DNA of 64,000 nt from Acidimicrobiia bacterium (GTDB taxonomy: Bacteria; Actinomycetota; Acidimicrobiia; Spongiisociales; ZC4RG35): positions 6,171 to 70,170 of the forward strand of contig DATBKE010000123.1 of the NCBI GenBank assembly GCA_036556085.1, in the 5' to 3' direction. Below are positions 37,815-45,219 of the stretch, piece by piece. The position numbers and the translations under genes are program-made. The first letter of the stretch is position 1; each line of letters opens with the position of its first letter. Below the pieces are notes generated by a model that ran no database searches, was not told the origin of the DNA, and worked only from the letters and a program-made list of their open reading frames with translations.

Positions 37815-38018
37815 TTAGTTGGTCGTAGCCGGGACGCTGACATTGACGTCAACGGTTCCAGTGACGCCGTCGTCACCGCCACCAACGTCGTTGTTAGCGA
37901 AAAACCAAATAGCCAACAAAATCACCAACACGGCGACAATTCCAGCCACCAGGGCACCACTCGAGCGCCCGTCATTGTTGGTCACGATGACTTCTCTGTC
38001 TGTACTTCTATCTGTCAC
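37815..38018 (-). CDS. small single-pass membrane protein (67 aa)
   Basis: AAAGGAG SD 6 nt before the GTG start. One clear TM segment, ALVAGIVAVLVILLAIWFF. Sits between a SigF-type promoter motif and csbD. Confidence 0.55.
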   Translation of the reverse strand: MTDRSTDREVIVTNNDGRSSGALVAGIVAVLVILLAIWFFANNDVGGGDDGVTGTVDVNVSVPATTN

Positions 38019-38052
38019 AACTGACTCCTTTGGTCGGTTGATTCATCCGTCA

Positions 38053-38079
38053 ATACCCTCGGCCCCCGTGGCCGTAAAC
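38053..38079 (-). promoter_or_regulatory. SigF/SigB-class promoter motif GTTT-N17-GGGTAT driving the small-membrane-protein/csbD operon
   Basis: The minus strand reads GTTTACGGCCACGGGGGCCGAGGGTAT. The -10 element lies about 35 nt upstream of GTG 38018. Confidence 0.55.
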
Positions 38080-38158
38080 AACGAATCGCTGCCTTCGCGA
38101 AGGGGTTTGGGCCAGAGCTAGGATCGATCGTTCGTGCTCTCGTCAACGGAAGAACTCC

Positions 38159-38491
38159 ATGGCATTCCAGGTTGCCGTTGAGAACTACAACGGAAAGGCA
38201 CTACTGCGGGCCCAGGGCGAAATCGATCTGGCGACCGTAGACCTGCTTGATATGGCCGTCGGAAATGCCCTCCAGGACGGATTCAGTCACGTCGTGATCG
38301 ACATGACTCAGGTCTCATTCATGGACTCGACCGGCATCCGCAGTCTTCTCACCAACTCCGAGCAGGTGAGCGAAGCCGGTGGGACGATGTCAATCGTGCT
38401 CTCCGGTGGACCGGTGGCGCGTACGCTGTCCGTCACTGGAGTGGATTCTCTTTTAAGCATTTACGACTCCGTCTCGGAGGCGACTGCCTGA
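38159..38491 (+). CDS. STAS-domain anti-sigma-factor antagonist (RsbV/SpoIIAA-like)
   Basis: ...VIDMTQVSFMDSTGIRSL... contains the conserved phosphorylatable Ser (DSTG). 110 aa. Confidence 0.85.
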   Translation: MAFQVAVENYNGKALLRAQGEIDLATVDLLDMAVGNALQDGFSHVVIDMTQVSFMDSTGIRSLLTNSEQVSEAGGTMSIVLSGGPVARTLSVTGVDSLLSIYDSVSEATA

Positions 38492-38553
38492 GCCATCTCG
38501 TTCGGCCGGCGATCCTTCACGAACTGCCGGTCAGGCGGGAAACCGCGCAGTGG

Positions 38554-39585
38554 GTGCGGCGGATCCTCGGCGAGCAGACTCAACTCGATCCCTTCCGGCT
38601 GGCTGAAGCGCAACTGATGGCGACCGAAGCGGTGGGCCACTTCGTCGAAAGTGGAGGGTCAAGTCTGCAAGTGAAGATCGAGGCGGGCCCGGCAGACTGG
38701 CGGATCGAGCTGGCAAGCCCCGACGATCCCTCCGCACCGGAGTTGAGTCCTTTGTCGCTTCGGCTTTTCAGTTCGCTCAGTCAGCGTTGGGGCGACGACC
38801 GCAGTGAAGGGCGACGGATCATTTGGTTTCACGTGCGCGCTCCGGGGACCGGCGCCGTATTGGCCGATGTCGAATCGTCCGAGCTGTTGGTCAGAGCCGC
38901 CGAGGATCCGCTGTACCAAGAGGAAGTGGTGCGACGGTTTGGACCGTTCTCTGCCTCCATCGCTCGGAGGTTTCGGGGAAAGGGCGTGGCCGATGCCGAT
39001 CTCGAACAAGTGGCGTTGCTCGGCTTGGTGGCGGCGATGCATCGTTTCGACGTCGAGAAGGGGGACTTCGAGCCCTTCGCCGCTGTCACGATCGCCGGGG
39101 AGCTAAAGCGCCATTTGCGCGATCGAGCGTGGTCGGTTCGGGTCCCGCGGGCTTTGCAGGAGTCAACCCTCAACGTCGGCAAGACCAGCGACCGCCTGAC
39201 CCAACAGCTCGGACGTCAGCCCACCGCGGCCGAGATCGCCGAGGAGCTCGGCATGACGAGCGATGAGGTCCTCCAGGCTCAAAAGGCAAGGGTCGCTTAC
39301 AGGTGGGAGTCGATTGATGCCACCGATCCGGTCACCGGCGCCTCTGCCGCCGACTCGCTTTCCTCCGATGATGACGGGGTCATGAGCACCTGGCCAGAGC
39401 TGGCGGAAGAACTGGCTCTGCTCCCGTCCCGCGAGCAGGAGATCGTCTATCTGCGTTTCTTCGAGGACCTGACCCAGGCGGAGATCGCCGACCGGGTGGG
39501 TATCTCCCAAATGCACGTTTCCCGGCTATTGGCGAGAGCGCTGGAAAGGCTTCGTAACGTTGTTAAAGAGGAGAGCGACACTTAG
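38554..39585 (+). CDS. SigB/F/G-subfamily RNA polymerase sigma factor with a ~100 aa N-terminal RsbW-like (degenerate) extension
   Basis: Regions 2-4 are clear: ...LGLVAAMHRFDVEKGDFEPFAAVTIAGELKRHLRD..., ...EQEIVYLRFFEDLTQAEIADRVGISQMHVSRLL... The N-terminal ~100 aa align by eye with the product of ORF 39640..40002. The start is uncertain because the frame stays open upstream of GTG 38554. Confidence 0.8.
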   Translation: MRRILGEQTQLDPFRLAEAQLMATEAVGHFVESGGSSLQVKIEAGPADWRIELASPDDPSAPELSPLSLRLFSSLSQRWGDDRSEGRRIIWFHVRAPGTGAVLADVESSELLVRAAEDPLYQEEVVRRFGPFSASIARRFRGKGVADADLEQVALLGLVAAMHRFDVEKGDFEPFAAVTIAGELKRHLRDRAWSVRVPRALQESTLNVGKTSDRLTQQLGRQPTAAEIAEELGMTSDEVLQAQKARVAYRWESIDATDPVTGASAADSLSSDDDGVMSTWPELAEELALLPSREQEIVYLRFFEDLTQAEIADRVGISQMHVSRLLARALERLRNVVKEESDT

Positions 39586-39610
39586 TTTGTAGGTCCCAGG
39601 CACCGGGTAT
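39586..39610 (+). promoter_or_regulatory. SigF/SigB-class promoter motif GTTT-N15-GGGTAT upstream of the RsbW-like gene
   Basis: GTTTGTAGGTCCCAGGCACCGGGTAT begins right after the sigma stop (TAG 39583-39585). The -10 element lies 30 nt before GTG 39640. Confidence 0.5.
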
Positions 39611-39639
39611 TTGGCTGGTATGTACCGGTCAGGACCCCG

Positions 39640-40002
39640 GTGACTGCGACCGAATACCGGCGCTTCATGACTGCCGGAGCAAGGGCGCCCGCTGATGCTC
39701 GGGAATTCGTCCGCAGCAAGCTCGCGGAAGGCGGTCGGACCGACGACGTTGTACTCATGGTGAGCGAACTGGTGACGAATGCGGTTCGTCACGGGCCCGC
39801 GGGCCGCGTCTATCTGCGAATTATTGATGGGGACACGCTCCGGGTCGAAGTCCAACAGCTGTCCGATTCCGAGGCCACTCTCAACGGCTACCAGAGACCG
39901 GGATCGGGTTTTGGCCTCAAGATTGTCGAGGCCCTGAGCGACGCCTGGGGCGCGGGTGATCCGGAGTGGAGGGGTGTTTGGTTCGAGGTCCAGATCGATT
40001 AG
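39640..40002 (+). CDS. anti-sigma regulatory factor (RsbW-like Ser kinase, HATPase_c_2)
   Basis: N-box VSELVTNAVRHG and G-box-like GSGFGLKIV. 120 aa. Confidence 0.75.
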   Translation: MTATEYRRFMTAGARAPADAREFVRSKLAEGGRTDDVVLMVSELVTNAVRHGPAGRVYLRIIDGDTLRVEVQQLSDSEATLNGYQRPGSGFGLKIVEALSDAWGAGDPEWRGVWFEVQID

Positions 40003-41144
40003 CCCCTACGGCGCAGAGCGACGATCGAGGCGTCGTCAGCCAGGCTCCCGTCCGACCACCTCATCACTGCCGAGAGAATCTGCCGGCAGATAGCGCCGAG
40101 GCTGAGTCCTTCCGAGGTTCGCGCCAGGGCTATCTGAGTTAAAGCCTCTTCTCCCCACATCGCGAGCTCGGGGTTTCTGGCCTGGACGACCCCATCGCTG
40201 TACAAGAAGATCACGTCGCGCGGTTGGGACGGGAAAACGTGCGTGGTGAGAGGGCTCACTCCAAGCCCCAACGGGACGTGGACCGACGACCCATTTAAGA
40301 AATGGGCGGATTGGTCACGGATTAGAAGAGGGGGGAGATGCCCGGCGTTGGCAATTTCGATCGCCCCCTCCTCAGGTTTGACGAGAACCATGATTCCAGT
40401 CACAAATTCATTACTTTCAGCATGGGATGAGAGCACCTCGTCGATTGCGAGGATCATGTCGGCTAGCGGAGCACCCTTCCTGCGCATTCGCCGGTAGGTC
40501 GAAACTGCCCAAGTAGAAAGAGTGGTGGCTCTGAGGCCGTGCCCGACAGCGTCGAAAAGCGCGAGATGGATTCCCTCGGGGTTGGCGGCGTAATCGATCA
40601 CGTCGCCGGCGATGTCGTAGGCAGGCTCAAGGCGGCTGCCAAGTTCAACCTTCTCATCGGCATAGGAAGTCAGGGGCAGATTTCGATGCTGGATGATCGC
40701 CGCGAGGCTGAGGTTGATTGCCCCGCGGGTTCGTTCGACCACGTCGCTGACCAGGCCTGTGGCTAGTAATGCGTTCGCAACGGCAACCGCCACCGGGGTC
40801 AACTCCGTGATGGCATCTGACTTCGCTGGCGAGATTTCGATGACACCGATGACCTGACCTCGGACAGCCAGCGGGAGATAGGCGCGCGTGCCGTGGATGA
40901 CTGCTTCTTCAGATCCCGCCACCCGGCCGACGATGGAGCCCCCTATCGACACCGGTCCCTTGACTCCAGTTATGTCGGTCAGCTGCATGAATCCGTGATC
41001 GACGAGCCAGATCGAAACGGATTTGGCCATGCCCAGATCGATCATCACCTCCGCCGCCAAGCGACCAAAGCGCTCCGGTGGGCAGCCATCTAATCGGGTG
41101 ATCAGCCTTCCGGCGACTCGCTCTCCGACCCGGGCTGTGGACAC
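39999..41144 (-). CDS. GAF-like sensor domain plus PP2C/SpoIIE-family protein phosphatase
   Basis: The N-terminal ~150 aa are GAF-like (...YLPLAVRGQVIGVIEIS...). The C-terminal SpoIIE-type PP2C carries ...AGDVIDY...ALFDAVGHGLRA...LYSDGVV... Confidence 0.8.
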   Translation of the reverse strand: MSTARVGERVAGRLITRLDGCPPERFGRLAAEVMIDLGMAKSVSIWLVDHGFMQLTDITGVKGPVSIGGSIVGRVAGSEEAVIHGTRAYLPLAVRGQVIGVIEISPAKSDAITELTPVAVAVANALLATGLVSDVVERTRGAINLSLAAIIQHRNLPLTSYADEKVELGSRLEPAYDIAGDVIDYAANPEGIHLALFDAVGHGLRATTLSTWAVSTYRRMRRKGAPLADMILAIDEVLSSHAESNEFVTGIMVLVKPEEGAIEIANAGHLPPLLIRDQSAHFLNGSSVHVPLGLGVSPLTTHVFPSQPRDVIFLYSDGVVQARNPELAMWGEEALTQIALARTSEGLSLGAICRQILSAVMRWSDGSLADDASIVALRRRG

Positions 41145-41181
41145 CAGCCTTTTATAACTAGTCCCGACGATCGGCGGGTCT

Positions 41182-42417
41182 TCAGGACAGCTTTCCGCAC
41201 GTCACTGTTGGCAAGATTCCAAAGGCCTGACCCAGCATCACGGCCAGATCGGCCCGGCTCAGCAAACTATCGAGAGGTAGCTCAACTGTGGGACAGTCGT
41301 TGGCGAGACCGAGCACCCGTAGCTGAGTCAGCGCCCATCCTGGTTCGGTTTCCCAGTATGGCGGCGGAGGCGGCATCACCTCGCCCTCCTCGGTGTCGGC
41401 ATGAGCGTCGTCGTAGGCTTGCTGACGAACCGCCCAGACGAGCATCGTCATCACATCTCCACGGGTCAACGGCGGCTCCGGGCAATCGGTCCCTCCGCAT
41501 GCCAGTTGGAGGGCAACGACTGAGGCCATGATTTCAGGCCCCGGATCGGGCGGTGGTCTCACCGGAACCAGAACCCGCGCCAGGCTGGCGATCCATGATG
41601 CGGCGTCGAGATTGCTGGCAGCCAGGGCAGGGCATACCGCGGCCCCCCATTCGTCGCATGAGGCGAGGGCGCCGGCAGTGACTAGACGATGAAAGACAGG
41701 TTCAGCCGCCAGGCCGTCATCGTCGGTAAACGAGCCTGCAAATCCGGCGGTCAGGTTCTCGATCGCCGGCGCCGACCGATACGCCCGCCGCAGGGCCGGA
41801 TAGGGATCGATGGCTCCAACCCCCGGCCGGTGGAGCTCGAAGTGGAGGTGAGGGGGGCCAGGCTCGGCATTCCCGGAGTCTCCCACCCAGCCAATCACTT
41901 CTCCCGCGCTGACCCGACTGCCCGCGACCAGGTCGGGCCGGATGCCAGCACCACCCCCATCGTCGGTGCCGAAGCGATCGTTGTTGAGGTGGAGATACCA
42001 AGACGACCAGCCGTCATCGTGGGAGAGGATGAGCCAGCAGCAGTCGCCCGGGACATCGTGGATCGAGCTGATCGTTCCATTGGCCACGGCCACCACCGGG
42101 GTCATCTTTGGAGCCATGATGTCGTTGCCGGCATGAAGCCGGCTGCCACCGTCGCGGTCGGCTCCAAATGTGGAGATGACCGCCCCACCCCCGAGAACCG
42201 GCCAAAGCATCCGGTATCGGTACGCGCAGTAGCGGATTGGCTCGGGCGGGGGAGCAGGCACCGCCGGCGCCAATGGATCGACCGGAATGGCCGGGGCAGG
42301 GGCAGGCGGTGCAGGCCTCGAAACGGTCGGCCGGCAGGCGGCTTGTGCTGGGACCGCCGGCAGCACAGTTGCGACGACGAAACCGGCCAAGAAAAGCGAG
42401 ATACCTCGCTTCCTCAT
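41182..42417 (-). CDS. secreted M23-family metallopeptidase
   Basis: Signal peptide ...LPAVPAQA|A. HAGNDI (HxxxD) and PPHLHFELH (HxH) motifs. Confidence 0.8.
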   Translation of the reverse strand: MRKRGISLFLAGFVVATVLPAVPAQAACRPTVSRPAPPAPAPAIPVDPLAPAVPAPPPEPIRYCAYRYRMLWPVLGGGAVISTFGADRDGGSRLHAGNDIMAPKMTPVVAVANGTISSIHDVPGDCCWLILSHDDGWSSWYLHLNNDRFGTDDGGGAGIRPDLVAGSRVSAGEVIGWVGDSGNAEPGPPHLHFELHRPGVGAIDPYPALRRAYRSAPAIENLTAGFAGSFTDDDGLAAEPVFHRLVTAGALASCDEWGAAVCPALAASNLDAASWIASLARVLVPVRPPPDPGPEIMASVVALQLACGGTDCPEPPLTRGDVMTMLVWAVRQQAYDDAHADTEEGEVMPPPPPYWETEPGWALTQLRVLGLANDCPTVELPLDSLLSRADLAVMLGQAFGILPTVTCGKLS

Positions 42418-42496
42418 CGGGTGGGCAGGCTACCGGTGCCGGGAAGGCATGGCTAGTACCACATTGCCTATTTCGTATTGTGCGTAGATCTACTAG

Positions 42497-43249
42497 TTGG
42501 GAGTGGCCATGAGCTCACTGATCGACCCGGAAGAGGCCGAGATCGGCGTTATCCACGAATTGGTGGACTTTTCTGGTGCCCATGTCCTCGAGGTGGGGTG
42601 CGGGGACGGACGCCTCACTTGGCGATACGCGCAGGAGACAGCCTCCGTGCTGGCGATGGATGTGAACGGGGAGAAGATCGAGCGAGCTGCGAAGGGCACC
42701 CCCGCCGCCCTCCGATCCAAGGTGGAGTTTGTGTTGGCGGATGTGTCCACGTTCGAGCTTCCCGCCGAGGCCTACGACGTTGCCATCCTCTCGCACTCGT
42801 TGTGATGCATCGACGTGGAGGGCGTGGTGCACGCCCTGAGACGGATTCATTTCTCCCTGCGTTCGGAAGGTGTTTTGCTCGACCTTCACCCACAGCCAGT
42901 GCACGCTGGGTTGGAGGTTTGGCGGGGAGGACGGGTCGAGCGCCTTGGCCGAGTCGAACAGGAGGATGACATCAAAGATATCCTCGAAGCTCGCGCTCGA
43001 CTGGACTTAGTCGAAAGGGATGGCTGGTATGTCACCAAGAGCCAACGATTTTTTGACTTGCTCTCACACTTTCGTAGCACAGAGGAATGGCTCAAGTTCC
43101 AGGCAAGGGAGGGATACACCGGCGAAGTTTCGGACGATTTGCTCGCCTCGGCAGATCGGTTACTTGCTGGCGGCGACGGCGTGTTCGTCGTCCGCGAACC
43201 CATCCGGGCTTCACTACTGAAGCGCCTCCCGAGACTGCCAACCCCATGA
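42497..43249 (+). pseudogene. class I SAM-dependent methyltransferase interrupted by one in-frame TGA (42803-42805)
   Basis: Track ORFs 42497..42805 and 42815..43249 are in the same frame. Read-through gives ...VLEVGCGDGRLT...YDVAILSHSL*CIDVEGVVHALRRIHFSLRSEGVLLDLHP..., a continuous methyltransferase fold (motif I GCGDG, post-II, motif III). Confidence 0.7.
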
Positions 43250-43277
43250 CAGGGCCCACGGCGACACCGACGATCGA

Positions 43278-44675
43278 CTAGTAAAGCAAGAGCGTCGCCA
43301 CGGCCAGGAAGCCGGCGAAACCGAGCAGATCGGTGACAGTGGTGAGGAAGAGATTGGAACCGAGGGCGGGGTCGAAGCCGGCTCGACGGAGGAGGAGTGG
43401 TATCCCCGACCCGGCGATGCCGGCGATCACCAAATTCGCCAGGGCGGCCACGGCCATGGCCACGCCGATACGAACCGGGCTCGGCCCCTGCCGGATTTCC
43501 TGCATGACAAATCCAAGAATCCCCGAGAGGAAGGCAATTGCCAGACCGTTTATCGCACCGATGGTCGCCTCTCTTGCCACCACCCGGGCATTGCCGCTTT
43601 GAGGGATCTCGTCCGCCGCCAGGCTACGGATGACGACGGCCAGGCTCTGTGCCCCAGCATCTCCCCCGATGCGGGCCACCAGCGGCATGAGTGCCGCCAG
43701 CACCACGAAGGAGTCCAGCACTTCGTTGAATTGGCTCACCGCCCACACCACGGAGGAGGAGATCAGCACATCGAACGCGATCCACGGGAGGCGAGCCCGC
43801 ACCGAAGACCAGACGGGGCTACGTACGTTCTCAGTGACACCGGCACCCATGGCGGCGGCGAAATCCTCCGACGCCTCTTCTTGCACCGATTCGATGACGG
43901 CATCAGTCGTCACGACGCCCAAGAGCACTCCTCCGTCGCCGACCACCGGGACTGCCCGGATGTGGTACTGCGAGATGATTTCGTTGACCACGGACCGGTC
44001 GGCCTCGGCTCCAACCACGATCGGATCGGCCACCATCACCTCAGAGAGGCCACTTCCCGGGCGATTGAAGACCAGGTCACGGAAGGAAATGACGCCCTGT
44101 AAAACCCCCTCGTCGTCGGTGACATAGACGTACGAGAGATCGTCGAGCTCCTCTCGGAGCTGGCGGATTCGTTCGATCGCCTCCCCCGCATTCAATCCCA
44201 GAGGCAAGCGGGCCACATCGGTGGTCATCAAGCCACCGGCCGAGTCGGCCGGATAGGTCAGAAGCCTTCTGACCTCCGTGGCCGCCTCCACCGTCAGGAG
44301 GTCGATCAATGACGCGGCGGCTTCGTCGGAAACCTCGCTGAGCACATCGGCTGCATCCTCTGGAGTCATCTCCTCGAGCAATGCCACGGCCTCGGACTGA
44401 GGGAGATCTTCAAGTAGATCGGCTGCCACTTCGGTGTGGAGTTCCGCCAATACTTCTGCCGCCTCAGGCGCCTCGAGGTCGCTGATCAGTTCCGAAAGTG
44501 CTTCTTCGTCGAGCTCGCCGAGGATGGCGGCTGCCGCCCCGGGAGCAAGAGCAGCCAGCGCCTCCCACTCCTCACCGTGGGCGTCGAGGTACTCCTCGAC
44601 AGCCTCCGGTTGACGGCGCGCCTGTGTCAGCAACAGACGGGCCAGCTGGCGGGGACTGCGGAGGCGGAGCTTCAC
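43278..44675 (-). CDS. mgtE: magnesium transporter MgtE
   Basis: Acidic N-terminal domain, a CBS pair, and a C-terminal 5-TM MgtE domain (...GDAGAQSLAVVIR...). 465 aa. Confidence 0.9.
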   Translation of the reverse strand: MKLRLRSPRQLARLLLTQARRQPEAVEEYLDAHGEEWEALAALAPGAAAAILGELDEEALSELISDLEAPEAAEVLAELHTEVAADLLEDLPQSEAVALLEEMTPEDAADVLSEVSDEAAASLIDLLTVEAATEVRRLLTYPADSAGGLMTTDVARLPLGLNAGEAIERIRQLREELDDLSYVYVTDDEGVLQGVISFRDLVFNRPGSGLSEVMVADPIVVGAEADRSVVNEIISQYHIRAVPVVGDGGVLLGVVTTDAVIESVQEEASEDFAAAMGAGVTENVRSPVWSSVRARLPWIAFDVLISSSVVWAVSQFNEVLDSFVVLAALMPLVARIGGDAGAQSLAVVIRSLAADEIPQSGNARVVAREATIGAINGLAIAFLSGILGFVMQEIRQGPSPVRIGVAMAVAALANLVIAGIAGSGIPLLLRRAGFDPALGSNLFLTTVTDLLGFAGFLAVATLLLY

Positions 44676-44701
44676 CTCCTCAGGCTATTTCCCCCAAAGG
44701 T

Positions 44702-45178
44702 TCAGGTCTGGAAGGGACGAATCGCCTTCACCGTCACAGTGAAGGTTCCACCGGGGGCCTGGTAGGTGACCCGCTCGCCCTTCCTGGCACCGATCAAAGC
44801 CTGTCCGAGGGGTCCTGCGGGCGAGGCGAGAAGAAAGCCCGGCTCGCGATTCTCGGGGTTAGCGACGAAGTACTCCGACTCGTCACCATCGGAATCGACC
44901 ACCGTGACGACGGAACCGATCTGTACGGAGCCGTCATAGGTCGGCTCCTCTACCTCGGCCTGGGCCAGAATCGCCTCCAGTTGCCGGATCCGGGCCTCCA
45001 TTAGTCCCTGATCGTTTTTGGCGGCGTCATAATCACCGTTCTCCCGCAGGTCGCCGTGAGCACGAGCTTCTGAGAGCCTCACCTCGATGCTCCGTCGTCC
45101 ATTGGTCTTGAGATCTTCAAGCTCGGCCGACAGCTTCTCGAAAGCCGAGGGCGTGAGCCAGGTCGTCTCGTCTGTCAT
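44702..45178 (-). CDS. greA: transcription elongation factor GreA
   Basis: ...WLTPSAFEKLSAELEDLK...HGDLRENGDYDAAKNDQGLMEARIRQLE... 158 aa. Confidence 0.9.
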   Translation of the reverse strand: MTDETTWLTPSAFEKLSAELEDLKTNGRRSIEVRLSEARAHGDLRENGDYDAAKNDQGLMEARIRQLEAILAQAEVEEPTYDGSVQIGSVVTVVDSDGDESEYFVANPENREPGFLLASPAGPLGQALIGARKGERVTYQAPGGTFTVTVKAIRPFQT

Positions 45179-45219
45179 TCGCCAAGGATAAACCCTGGTC
45201 GGCTCTTTCTCCCGGTCGC

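Noticed and set aside
42803-42837. Selenocysteine recoding of the in-frame TGA in the methyltransferase.
   Set aside because: It is kept only as a remote alternative within the finding. The hairpin has a 3-nt loop and no bulged U. A methyltransferase has no known need for Sec at this position. No sel genes are visible, so a point mutation or sequencing error is more parsimonious.
44676-44701. An M-box (Mg2+) riboswitch upstream of mgtE. A yybP-ykoY riboswitch upstream of the VIT1 gene (28998-29028) was considered likewise.
   Set aside because: The intergenic gaps are only 26 bp and 31 bp, far too short for these structured leaders.
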